DNA of 64,000 nt from Octopus sinensis (GCF_006345805.1 NC_043011.1:44590464-44654463); one strand, 5' to 3'; shown: positions 22,463 through 36,012, numbered from the stretch's first letter. Numbers and translations are program-made. Notes: a model not told the origin generated them from the sequence alone.

Positions 22463-23472
22463 CATCATCATCATCATCATCGTTTAACGTCCGTTCTCCA
22501 TGCTAGCATGGGTTGGACGGTTCGACCGGGGATCTGGGAAGTCAGAAGGCTGCACCAGGCTCCGGTCTTATCTGGCAATGTTTCTACAGCTGGATGCCCT
22601 TCCTAACGCCAACCACTCCGTGAGTGTAGTGGGTGCTTTTTACGTGCCACCTGCACTGGTGCCAGGCGAGGCTGGCATCGGCCACGGTCGGATTGGTGCA
22701 TTTTACGTGCCACCTGCACGGAAGCCAGTCGAGGCGGCACTGGCTTCGGCCACGATTCGGATGGTGCTTTTTACGTGCCACCGACACGGAAGCCAGTCGA
22801 GGCTGCGCTGGCATCGGCCACGATTCGAATAGTGCTTTTTACGTATCTCCAGTCCAGGGGTCCTGGCATCTGCCAGGTGCCAGTCATAGGATTGGTTCAA
22901 TTTCGATTCCGATTTCACTTGCCCCAACATGTCTTCGCAAGCAAAGAGGGGTTGGCATAGGTGCCTGTCGTCGGATGAGGTTCGATATCGACTTCGCTTG
23001 CCTCAACAGGTCTTTTGTGTCCAAGGGAGGAAAGGCATGCATAAGTGGGCTGGACTCACTTGTCCTGCCTGGTCTTTTCACGCACAGCATATTTCCAAAG
23101 GTCTCGGTCGCTGGTTATTTCCTCAGTGAGACCTAAAGTTCGAAGGTCGTGCTTCACCACCTCGTCCCAAGTTTTCCTGGGTCTACCTCTTCCACGGGTT
23201 CCCTCCACTGCTAGGGATTGGCACTTTTTCACACACCTATCTTCATCCATTCTCGCCACATGACCATACCAGCGCAATCGTCTTTCTTGCACACCACAAC
23301 TGATGCTTCTTAGGTCCAACATTTCTCTCAGGGTACTAACGCTCTGTCGAGCATGCACACTGACATTACACATCCATCAGAGCATACTGGCTTCATTTCT
23401 CGCGAGCTTACGCATGTCCTCAGCAGTCACGGCCCATGTTTCACTGCCATGTAGCATGGCTGTTCGTACACC
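22463..23472 (-). mobile_element. Young 5'-truncated RTE-clade LINE: ORF C-terminus + 3' UTR + (GAT)n tail
   Basis: AMLHGSETWAVTAEDMRKLARNEASML*WMCNV...RRLRWYGHVARMDEDRCVKKC...GTRGRGRPRKTWDEVV...DRDLW are diagnostic RTE C-terminal motifs. One in-frame stop. Confidence 0.92.
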
Positions 23473-23475
23473 ATG

Positions 23476-23507
<32 letters not shown>

Positions 23508-25259
23508 TCTTTTAGTCTTTTACTTGTTTCAGTCATTTGACTGCAGCCATACAGGAGCACCGCCTCTAGTCAATCAAATCAACCCCAGGACTTATTCTTT
23601 GTAAGCCTCATACTTATTCTATCGGTCTCTTTTGCTGGGGACTAAGTTACGGGGACATAAACATTGTTTTTCTCTAATTTATATATATTATATATTTATA
23701 TCATGAAATTTGATTTAATACTAAATTGAATTTTTCCCTATAAGTTTGGAGTTATGCTCCCTAATATTATTATTATTATTATTATATATTTTATCTTTTA
23801 CTTGTTTCAGTTATTTATCTACAGCCAAGCTGGTGCACCACCCTGAAGGCTTTAATCAAACAAATTAACTGCCTTGTAGTGTGACACTGATTCCATTTGT
23901 TCTTATTGCCAAACTGCTATGTTACAGGGGATGTAAACAAACCAACACTAGTTGTCAAGCAGTGGGACACACACACACAACACACACACACTCACAGGTC
24001 CTACTTTAGAGTGCAGTTTACCACATTTTATCCATAGTGCATGCTGTGAAAAGATCTGATATGAACAAGGGTTTAAGGTTAGGATTAGACTGCATGCTAA
24101 AGTATAAGTGGTCATGTAGGCAACATGTTAGAGCGGCACCTATATATATATCATCATCATCGTTTAATGTCCAGTTTCCATACTGGCATGGACTGTGCTT
24201 CCACAGTTTCCATCTACCAAATTTATGTAGAAGGCATTGGTCAGCGCAGGGCTATAGTAGTGATGGTAAAAGAACATGACACAGTATTGTCTCTACCACT
24301 ACTACAACTTAGACTGCAGGGATGCCCTAAACACTATCACTGCCACCACCACCACCACTACAACCACACTACTACCACAACTACTACCACTACCATCACT
24401 ACTACCACCACCATCACTACTACCACCACCATCACCACTACCACCACCTATATACTACAAGCAGTTTTCACAACATCATCACCATTCACATCAACATTGT
24501 CCTAACACCACCACCATCAACAATGTCCCAACATTATCACCACCACCACCACCTCTACCATCAACACCACTATCCAACATCACCAGCACTAGACACTACC
24601 ACAAACATCACCACTACCACCAGCTAATACCATGCTAATACCATGATCACTACCACCACTACCACCACTAAAATTGTCTTCAGACCACAACCACTACAAA
24701 CCAATGCTACACCACTGTTGTATCTCCCACCACTACCACTAACACCAGCAATGTCCTAACACCATGACCACCACTACTAACCAGTGCTACATCACCGCCC
24801 CAATGTTATATATTGCAGTAGAGAGATTATCTCTCAAGATCTACTTAACTGTGTATTATTTAATGTTTCGTTAATAATCGCTTAATCTCTTCTTAGTTCT
24901 CTCTTTCTTCCTTTCTTTCTCCCCCACCCCCTTCCTATCTCATCTTCATCTTCTCTCTCTCTTTCACACACACACACACACACTTCCTAATAGTACTCAT
25001 CTTGTACATAAACAGCTACTATATGTGTATCTATGTGTCTGTATATATGTGTGTGTGTGTGTGTGCACATGTATGTGTGTGTATATATGTGTGTGAGTGT
25101 GCATCATGTGTGCATGTGTGTGTGGTGTAGTCTTTTGACTTGCCAACTCCTGTCAAAACCATCCAACCCATGCCAGCATGGCAAATGGACGTTAAATGAT
25201 GATGATGATGATGATGATATAGATATATGTATATATTGCACATATTTATATATACATAC

Positions 25260-25297
<38 letters not shown>

Positions 25298-25318
25298 ATG
25301 TATATTTATATATATATA

Positions 25319-25357
<39 letters not shown>

Positions 25358-26559
25358 TATATACACATAGAGACGTATGAGTGTGTGTGTTTATACATAT
25401 ATATATATCACCTACACAGTGAACTATATCATTAACTCCATACCCTGGTACATAAACACTTATTAAATACATGATCAGAGGATGAAGTGCAAAGCAGTGC
25501 TTGTGACCTTTGCAGGTCACACCCAGAGACAGGGGAACCCATGATCTTTGCAGGTCACGCCCAAAGAGAGAGAGAGAGAAAGAGAGAAGATCAATAAAGT
25601 TAACCTTCAAAAATGAACTTTTCTGTAGGTCAATGTTTGTAGAGCAAGGAGGGAAGTGTACGGAGGGTTTGAGGGGATAGCATTCTATGGTGGGAGGGAG
25701 GAGGGGAGGGGGATTCTTGTCTGATCAAACAGATCTATGATCAAAAGCATTCCAACCAAGACTATCCCATCTTTTTCTCATGAAAACTTTGTGGAAACCT
25801 ATTGAGTGTACAAGTGTGTGTGTGTCTTTCAGACTGTGGTGTATGTCCCACCACCACCATCGCTTGACAACCTGTGTTGGTTTGTTTATGCCCCCCATCC
25901 ATAACTTATCAGCTCAGCAGAAGAGACTGTGGTGTGTCATCTTTCTTGCTCTTGTACATCTCCTGTCTACTGTACCATCATTAATATTCTGCTGCTGCTC
26001 TGCACTGTCAGTCGTCTCCTATGCTTTTCACCTCCCTAACTCAAGTATCATTAGTTATCTTGCCACCATTAACCTCATCTGCCCTTCAACCTTACCCAGT
26101 CTTTACAGTAGTTGTCTATCTCTGCTCCATACTCATCTCTCATTCACATTTATACTCTCTTGTAAACTCAACACTCCTGGTCCCTCTGCCTCGCTTATTT
26201 CTGTGCACCTCATACTTTAAAAAGAGTCCATCCTGTCACCTCATCACCTCTATTTTTATTTCTTCCCAGCGCCATTTCAACCACCACCAGACTCTCATCA
26301 AGAATGTGAGCAACCAACAAAACACCATGAGAAATTTAGAATGAAGTAATGTTATGGTTTCATCCAATGTGAGAACTCTTGCTTAAATGAAGAAGACTTT
26401 CACCATAGCATACAAAACATGAGGAGGCTGTGATGAGGGAGATTTGGCTGCTGTTTCTAACAGCTTAATCTACCACATACAGGTCTCCCTTGCTGGTTTG
26501 GGTTTTCTCAATACTCTGTTGATTCATATTTCATTTCCATAAATGACGCCACTGATATT

Positions 26560-26958
26560 CTTTTCTTCTTGAGGCATATGGCCAAAATTTGGGGGGAGGG
26601 GGCTAGTCAATAGGATCGACCCCCAGTATGCAACTGGTACTTAATTTATCGACCCTGAAAGGATGAAAGGCAAGGTCAACCTCCACAGAATTTGAATTCA
26701 GAATGTAAAGACAGACGAAATATCTATATCTTCATTGCCCACAAGGGGCTAAACATAGAGGGGACAAACAAGGACAGACAAAGGGATTAAGTCGATTACA
26801 TCGACACCAGTGCATAACTGGTACTTAATTTATTGACCCCGAAAGGATGAAAGACAAAGTCAACCTCGGCAGAATTTGAACTCAGAACGTAAAAACAGAT
26901 GAAATACCGCTCAGCATTTCACCCGGCGTGCTAACGTTTCTGCCAGTTTGCCACCTTA
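26560..26958 (-). mobile_element. SINE B with a tandemly repeated body
   Basis: Two consecutive central domains (26630-26720 and 26815-26905) under one head at 26958. Confidence 0.75.
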
Positions 26959-28014
26959 ATGACACCACTGATATTGAGAAGGGCATGACTGTCACATAAT
27001 CCCTTTCTCCTAAATATAGAACCAGTCCAACATTACCAGCATTGTTATCACTTCTATAACTACCATCCCATCATCATCAAGACTACCATTATCATCTTTA
27101 TTAACACTTCTCTTAATAGCATTAACACCACTGCCTGCACTGCCGCCACCAACACTACTGACACCAATACCACCAACTATAACAGAGCCATTACAACCAA
27201 TACCAACAAGACCACAATCACTATCACCACCAGTACTACTACCACCACCACCATCACCAAGACCCCAATCACTATCACCACCACTACTACCACCACCACC
27301 AAGACCACAATCACTATCACCACCAGTACTACTACCACCACCACCAAGACCACAATCATTGTCACCACCACCACTACTACTACCACCACCATCACTGTAT
27401 CACTACTATCACTACCACTATAACCATTACAACTACTACCATTGCCAACCCTACCAACATCACGTTACTACCATCAACATCAAAACTGTCATCACTACCG
27501 CTACCACCATCGCCACCACCACCACAACCACCACCACCCTATCCAACCACCAACACTACCACCACCTCTATCCACCACCACCATCACAACCACCACCACC
27601 CTCATCACAATTACCACCACCACCATCATCACAATACACCTCTATCACCATGGTAGTAATACAAGCTCCATTCCAACACACCATCTCCTCTCTCTCTATA
27701 CACGCACCCACCCGCCGCCCGACCGGATCAACCGCACACACTCAAGACTCGGAGTGCACCACTCCTTCAGACGAAACTTTCTGACAGTCCAAGAATATAG
27801 ATTTGCTTCAAAACAACACCATTTCTTGCTATTGATTGGGTTAAGGAGGACAAGGAGGAGGTGGAGGAGGTGGAGAAGGAGGTGTGCGTGTTTACAACAG
27901 AAGTATTTTAGTAAACATGTAACAACAACAAGAACAGGACTATAGCCAACAACAACAACACAAAGACATACAAGTACATATATGTGTGTGTGTGTGTATA
28001 TATATGTATGTATG

Positions 28015-28047
<33 letters not shown>

Positions 28048-28142
28048 ATATATACATATATATATGTATGTGTGTATATATATATATATACATGTGTGTG
28101 TATCTATGTATACATATATATATATATATATGTGTATATATA

Positions 28143-28183
<41 letters not shown>

Positions 28184-28243
28184 ATATATATTTATATATA
28201 TATATATTTTTATATATGTGTATATATGTGTGTGTGTGTGTAT

Positions 28244-28287
<44 letters not shown>

Positions 28288-28372
28288 TACACATGTACAC
28301 ACACACATACATATATTCATTAGCATCATTTAACTTCCATTTGGCCATATAGCATTGATTACACATGTGTTG

Positions 28373-28411
<39 letters not shown>

Positions 28412-28852
28412 CCTGGTGTGTACGTGTGTGTGTTTGTATATATGTATGTGTATGTATGTGTGTGTGTGTGTGCATGTATGTGTATCATCATCATCATTTA
28501 ACATCCGTTTTGCATGCTGGTATGGGTTAGATGGTTCTACAGGAGCTGGCTGGGTAGAAGATTGCACCAAGAAGGCAGCAAGCTAGCAGAAACGTAAGCA
28601 TGCCAGGCGAAATGCTTAGTGGTATTTTGTCTGCCTTTGTGTTCTGAGTTCAAATTCTGCCGAGGTCAACTTTACCTTTTATCTTTTCAGGGTCGATAAA
28701 TTAAGTAGCAGTTGCATACTGGAGTTGATCCAATCGACTGGCCCCATCCCCAAAAATTTCAGGCCTTATGCCTAGAGTAGAAAAGGATATTGCACCCAAG
28801 TTTTTGTAGATATTATCCTTCTATATTTGTATGTATTATCCTTCTACAAGAC

Positions 28853-28949
28853 AAAGGAGTGACAGTGGCTTCGAAGTTTTCTGTCTCTTAGCCTTCAAAA
28901 CTATGATGAAGACCAGAAGACCGAAACTTTAAAGCCACCGACACCCTTT
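28853..28949. repeat. Imperfect ~45-bp inverted repeat with hammerhead-like remnants
   Basis: aaaggagtgacagtggcttcgaagtttt... is roughly the reverse complement of ...ccgaaactttaaagccaccgacacccttt. TGATGA and CGAAAC are present. Confidence 0.65.
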
Positions 28950-30228
28950 ATGTATAAGTGCAACAAATATGTACTCTAAAAAAAAGTATTGAGTAAGTCT
29001 TAGGTTTAATATTGGTTTCAAATTTTAGTACAACGCCAGCAATCTTAGAGGAGCACATAAGTCAATTACATCAACCGTAGTGCTCAACTGGTACTTATAC
29101 TTGTATATGTTTGTAACACCTCTACTCTATTGAAACACATATAGCACAGAATTAAAAATATTCCCTATTTTTCTGTCCTTTGTTTTGATATATATATATG
29201 TGTATATATATATATATCTATATATATATATATATATATATATCTATATATATATATATATAAACCCACTTCAGTCATGAGTAACCATGGGATTGTACCT
29301 TGAAAGGTCCCTTCTGAGGTACAAGTCTGGGCAAGGTTGTTTTGGAAGACCAGCAGTCACCCATGCACACCAGCCTCCCCTCACCATGCCACCGATGTTA
29401 TCTAAGGGAAAGGCAAAAGCCGATACAGCTTGGCACCAGTGACATCACAACTCATTTCTACAGCTGAATGAAATGAAGCAACATGAAATTAAGTGTCTTG
29501 CTCAAGAACACAACACACTGCCTGGTCCTGGAATCGCCCTCACTACTACTGAACTATGGCACTTCACACACACATGTATTTGTGTGTATATGCACACACA
29601 CACACACGTATGAGTGTGTATAGTACTGTATAATTAAGCAAATTAAGAGAAATCATGTGTCTGAGAGACGCTCTAACAAAACAAGTCAAGACCTGCAAGT
29701 ACGGTTACATGGGTTGCATTTTAGCATTTGTGTTACGCTGTTTTCTTGTTTCATCGTGAAAAGCAATGTTGACCTTGAATGTATGCGTGTGTGTGTGTGT
29801 GCATGAGCATGTATGTGCGTGCGTCTCTGTGTGTGTGTAAGAAGTACACTACACGCCCACACATATACAACAGACTTCAGCAAATTTTCCGTCTGCTAAA
29901 TTCGCTTGCAAAACAGGAGAAACTTGCACGATGGGATTCAACTCTAGATCCTGTAACCATGAATATCTTAGCCATATAACAATGTTTACAGCTACATATA
30001 TTCTTTTTCTTTTACTCTTTTATTTGTTTCAGTCATGTGACTGTAGCCATGCTGGAGCATGGCCTATAGTCGAATAAATCGACCCCAGGACTTATTCTTT
30101 GTAAGCCTAGTACTTATTCTATCAGTCTCTTTTGCCAAACTGCTAAGTTACAGGCACGTAAACACACCAACATCAGTTGTCAGTTGATGGTGGGGGACAA
30201 ACACAGACACACATACATACCTATATAT

Positions 30229-30262
<34 letters not shown>

Positions 30263-30266
30263 GTGC

Positions 30267-30305
<39 letters not shown>

Positions 30306-31749
30306 CCCGCCGGGCTTCTTTCAGTTTCCTTGGTCAGCTGAGGCTATAGTACACTTGCCCAAGGTGTCACGCAGTGGGACTGAACCCAGAACCATGAGGT
30401 TGAGAAGCAAGCTTCTTATCACACAGCCACACCTGCACCTTATCATCATCATCATTATCATTACCACTTAACATCTGCTTTCCATGCTAGCATGGGTTGG
30501 ATGATTTGACTGAGGACTGGCGAACCAGATGGCTGCACCAGGCTCCAATCTGATCTGGCAGAGTTTCTACAGCTGGATGCATTGAGGTAGATCCGGCTAC
30601 CCCTGTTAATGGGGACAAAACCCATGATAGTCGAGGGATTACTGTATTTATCTGACGAAAAAGGTTTCTTTACAATGATGTAATGTTCCCATAAATCAAT
30701 AAAAGGGAGTCGTTGGGAGCAGCCATAATGAATTGACACCTATACCTCTTTTGTTACTCACTTGTATTATAATGTGCGTGTGTATATATATATAAGGCAA
30801 GCTGCAAGAATTGTTAGCATGGCGGGCAAAATACTTCGCAGTATTTTTGTCTGTTTTTACATTCTGAGTTCAAATTCCGCCGAGGTCGACTTTGCTTCTC
30901 ATCCTTTTGAGGTCGATAAATTAAGTACCAGTGCGTACCGGGGTCAATCTGATCGACTGCCCCCTCCCCACCGCCACTCCAAAAATTTTTGGGCCTTGAG
31001 CCTAAAGTATGCTTACCAACCACATGGTTGCGGGTTCAGTCCCACCGGGTTCAGTCCCACTGCGTGGCTCCTTGGGCAAGTGTCTTCTACTATAGCCTCG
31101 GACCGACCAAAGCCTTGTGAGTGGATTTGGTAGATGGAAACTGAAAGAAGCCCGTCGTATATATGTATATATATATATGTGTGTTTGTACCCCCACAACA
31201 TCGCTTGACAACCAATGCTGGTGTGTTTACAACTCCTTAACTTAGCGGTTCGACATAAGAGACCGATAGAATAAGTACTAGGCTTACAAAGAATAAGTCC
31301 TTGGGTTATTATTTGCTCAACTAAAAGCAGTGCTCCAGCATGACCGCAGTCAAATGACTGAAACAAGTAAAAGAGTACATACACATGCCTATATATATAT
31401 ACACACACACAGAAACTCACACACATATATGCATTTAAAAATCTACTCCCAGTCAGTGTGCCTTTGTTGGTTTGTAAGAGTTCAAAGTTCAAATTAAAAA
31501 TAATATTCAAAAACTATTTCTGTTGCACATTTCATATGCTTTTATAGTTTGAATGAATAAACGCTTGAGTTACACCCCTACCACAACCACTACCATAATC
31601 CCTAAACTCACTGTTGCTACTGTTACCATCACCCACCACTGTCTCGACTGCCACCAACACCACCACATTTATTATCATCATCGTTATCGTATAGAAAAAA
31701 AATAATAATAAAGGCTTATCAATTATCTTTTTATGTTTAATTCATTCAA

Positions 31750-31950
31750 GTTCCAGGTCAGTTGTGATCAAGCAGGTGTGTGATCAAAGGTATTACAACT
31801 GTAACCATCTAACTCTTTTATTCAGGTACAGAGTATCTAAGACTTACATTACCATGTAAAGCCTTTCTGTTATTAAAGATGGTAGAGCATGATTGGTGGG
31901 GGATTTGGCTGTTATTTCTGACAGAGCAACCCCCAAAATAACCATTGGTT
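31750..31950 (+). repeat. Old dispersed repeat family (...gatcaaaggcattccag...actacattatcc...gatttggctgctatttctag...)
   Basis: Similar degenerate copies at 11385-11590+, 26430-26500+, 33465-33670-, 34210-34350-, 45100-45300-, 55395-55560+ and 55750-55900-. Confidence 0.65.
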
Positions 31951-34429
31951 ATGAATTCATAGCAAGGATTGATCAAAGACATGAGTTTATGCATGGGACA
32001 CACATACACACAGTGTGAATGTGTGTGTGTGTGCATGAGTGTGTTGTGTATACAATAAAACCAGCATAAACTATAAATCCCCTGAAGAAGTCTAACTCTT
32101 CTCAGAACCAGAATCTCAATGAAGGACAATACTGAAACAACGAGAATACGAAATACAAAAGGTCCACAATGTAAAGCATTTACAATTAGACAAACAAAAC
32201 AAATATATACATCCCATCATCAGCTGTCTGACAGATACCACTAGGGTTTCAACACCTGAGCAGTACCACTCAATCCAGACATAAACAAACATATGTACAC
32301 ACATGCATACACTTACAGAAAATTTGTGTGTATGAGTGTGTATGTGTGCGCGCGCTCACATTCAGTCAACCCTTTCACATTTTTGGTGGAGTAAGGGATA
32401 TGATAAAATACTAGTCATGTACTGGGGTAGTATGGAGTTTGGAACTGGTCTAATTGAGTGCACCTAACCCCACTAACCCACCATTCCTTGAAATGTGCAC
32501 CCCTTCTACATGTCAATATCAATAAAAGAACAGAAGTACAAGGTTAATTAATTTCACATTGTGATGAAAAAAGAAATCAGTGTTTGACATTTTGAACAAT
32601 AGGCCCATCATCAAGAAAAAGCACAGGAGGAGAAAAACAAAGAAGAAATTTCCTGAGAAACAGTGTTTTACAATGAAAGCTACATGGATTTCATATGTGA
32701 CTTTTGTTGTAACCACTATTTCCTCAGAACTTTCTATTTCATCCTGATAACGAACCATTTTCCATAACATCGAAACCCTCCCCACTTTGTTTTTGTAAAA
32801 AAAACAAATATCACAGTTTATTACACTATACTTCTGTTGTGTTGTAGTGCTGTTGTTTTTGCTGTTGCATTTGTTCCAGAAAGTTCTTGGACACATTAAT
32901 CAAGGCTGATCATGGGTCTCTGGATTATCACAGGACAGCATTTATGCACTGATGAAATAGTTTTAAAAAAATAATTTTCCATATTGTTTACACTGTAGAA
33001 GACTATGTTTTCAGATTATCAAGCATGCATTCACTCTGTCTTTGTGTTAGCCTAAATAGGTGCTGGATTGGCTGAATGGTCAAGAAGCTTACTTTCCGAT
33101 AATGTGATTTGGGGTTCAGTTCTAATGTGTGGCATTTTGGGCAAATGTCTTCCACTATGGCCCTAGCCTTGTGAGAGGATCTGGTGGTTGAAAACTGAAA
33201 TAAGAATGGCATTGCATTGGAGACAGTTGACAACTCTCACTTGCAAATTGTCTTGCCCTGTGTTGTTCTATGAAATGCAGTTTATGGAGGGTGGAAGGCA
33301 AGGAGGAAGGGTGGCAGGCAGGGAAGAAGAATGACAGGCAGACAGGAAGGGTGGGAGGCAGGGAGGAAAAGTGGGAGGCAAGGAAGGAGGGTGGGAGGCA
33401 AGGAAGGAGGGAAGGAAAGAGTGGTATGAAAGTGTCCTGAAGTAAAACTAATGGGGGGAGAGCCTCTACATGATAGACTGACATGCTAGAAATACCAGCC
33501 AAATCTCCTTTAAATCGGGATGTCCATTTCTAACCCACCATATTAGAAACCAACACACTGAGTAATGTAGTCATGCATTCACTGCACATAAAAAAAAGAC
33601 AGGATGATCATGGCTGGAATACCTTTGATCTTAGTTGTAAATGCTCAGGACTGACTTAGGGTTAAACAACATCATCAACATGTGGGACACATTGACAGTG
33701 TATTTGCATGTCCTGTCTACATGTATGTACATGTAGATTTGGACTAGGGAATGGACTAGATTGGCATGTAGATGTAAGGCGTATTATAGGAATATTATAG
33801 GGGTAGTTTAGGGCCCAGCATCATGATGTAGATGTGTCTGGTTTTGAAGATATTGACAGATGTTACAGCCCGAAAAGAGGTAGGGTGTATGCTTGGTACA
33901 GAAAAATGCTTCATAATCCTAAAACCCCAGTCTTCAACAACATAAAAGAAACTCCTCCAACTACTACTACGACTACTACTACTACCACCACCACCACCAC
34001 CACCACTACTACTACCATCACCTTGCTTAAAAACCACACTCCATGCGGACTTTTAAGCTAGTTCTTGTAGAGGGCTAACTGGGCCAAGGGTTAATTAGGC
34101 CTGTAGCTCAAAACTAAAGAAAGCAATAATAATAAAGCATCTATTGGTACCCTACCAATATGGTAATACATTAATCTAATGAAGAAACCAGTATGTGGTC
34201 ACACAATCTGCATGAAATAGCAGCCAAATCTCACTCAAATTACATCTCACCCTCTCACATGTTGAGTAATGTTCTTCTATGTTCCCTTGTGTGTAAGAAA
34301 ATATGTAATGGGATGGTCACCACTGGATTGCTTTTGGGGGTAAACAGCAACAACAATCATATCCCTTTCTCCCCCCCCCGGCCTCATCTAGCAGCCCCCA
34401 AGTCTTGATATATTTACCCTGCTGCACAG

Positions 34430-34479
<50 letters not shown>

Positions 34480-35349
34480 CAGTGTGTTTATGTGTGAGAA
34501 CATATATGTGTGAGTGTGTGTATGTATGTATGTGTATACATATATGTATGAAGGTTAGTGTGTACATATCCTTGCATGTGTGCATGTGCGTGTATGCGTG
34601 TTTGAACACGTGTACATGTGTATGGAGTTGTGTGTGTGTGTGTTGTGTGTGTGTGTGTGTGTGTATACATGCATATATGTTCATGTGTACATGTGCGTGA
34701 AGGGGACTGGGAGTTGTATTGTGTGCTGGGGGGGAGGATCAGATATGTAAGTATACAAGGGTGCAAAGAGGGGGGTGGAATAAGGGAGAGGTAGTGTGAC
34801 GTGGAGGGCAAGAACAACAACAGCAATAACGGTTAACTTAGTTCCTGTGACTCATTCTAATAACAGATTCCAGCATCACTACATATACACTCGCACGTGC
34901 ATACATACATATACTCACACACATATACATACATACATATACTCACACACATATACATACATATGTACATATATATATATATATATATATCATAAACACA
35001 TACACATATATACACATATGTATACATACACGTACACACATACACATAACTTATGCTAAGTTAGCTAAAAAGTAACCCACACCCTTTCAAAAATGTGACA
35101 GTTAGAGACAGGCAGACAGGCAAACAGACAGACAGACTGAGCAACTGACAGATAGACTGACAGATATACAGACAGACAGACATTCAAGGACATGCTGTTG
35201 GGTTAATAGAGGGAAGACTTGATGATGGTGGTGATGATGATGGGAATGATGACTGTGGTGGTGGTGGTGGTGGTGGTGGTAGAGGTATACACATATGTCA
35301 TAGTTGTACACATACACATAGATATAGAGATGTATACACAAATATAGAC

Positions 35350-35384
<35 letters not shown>

Positions 35385-35420
35385 CAGATATATATATATA
35401 TTATATACATATATATATAT

Positions 35421-35466
<46 letters not shown>

Positions 35467-35573
35467 TATATAGACAGATCATCATCATCATATATATAGA
35501 CAGATATATATATATTACGGAGATGTACTCGCATAGCAAGTAATTTGATCTGAGATCGTGTGCTGAAACGAAA

Positions 35574-35831
35574 ACAATTGCAGCGTGGAAGGTGTTTATA
35601 AGCCATTTAAGAAACACACAAAAGCTGTTCGATTCACTCCAACATTTAAGTTTAATTGTCAAAATATTTTCGTCGCTAAAATCCGCGACCTGTTCACGGA
35701 CTTTGTCAGTGAACAGGTCGCGGATTTTAGCGACGAAAATATTTTGACAATTAAACTTAAATGTTGGAGTGAATCGAACGGCTTTTGTGTGTTCTTAAAT
35801 GGCTTATAAACACCTTCCACGCTGCAATTGT
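35574..35831. repeat. Near-perfect ~258-bp palindrome (3-nt loop TTT at 35702-35704), Penelope-like fold-back
   Basis: Arm acaattgcagcgtggaagg...cctgttcacggac and arm gtcagtgaacagg...ccttccacgctgcaattgt, with only a few mismatches. Embedded in (TA)n. Confidence 0.95.
35703..35750 (+). ncRNA. Minimal type-I hammerhead motif with G3-C8 core swap
   Basis: Stem I UUGUCA/UGACAA, core GUGAACA at 35709-35715, one extra G, stem II GUCGC/GCGAC, GAAA at 35735-35738, palindromic stem III AAUAUU and a UUU triplet ending at 35744. Confidence 0.65.
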
Positions 35832-35844
35832 GTTGATATATATA

Positions 35845-35910
<66 letters not shown>

Positions 35911-35967
35911 ACAAATATAGACAGATATATATATATACAAATATAGACAGATATATATATTATATAC

Positions 35968-36012
<45 letters not shown>

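Noticed and set aside
22640-22850. Repeat-spacer appearance resembling a CRISPR array
   Set aside because: The units are whole diverged tandem repeats without unique spacers, lie in an RTE 3' UTR, and have no cas genes in this eukaryotic context.
27765-27795. CTGAAGG...hairpin...CGA on the minus strand as a hammerhead
   Set aside because: Lacks A9, GAAA and stem III in the required arrangement.
27908-28570. Long ORFs such as the 220-aa YI/HT/CV-rich frame (also 43211-43756, 51412-51931, 56199-56869)
   Set aside because: They are translations of (TA)n/(CA)n/(AG)n microsatellites that lack stop codons by composition.
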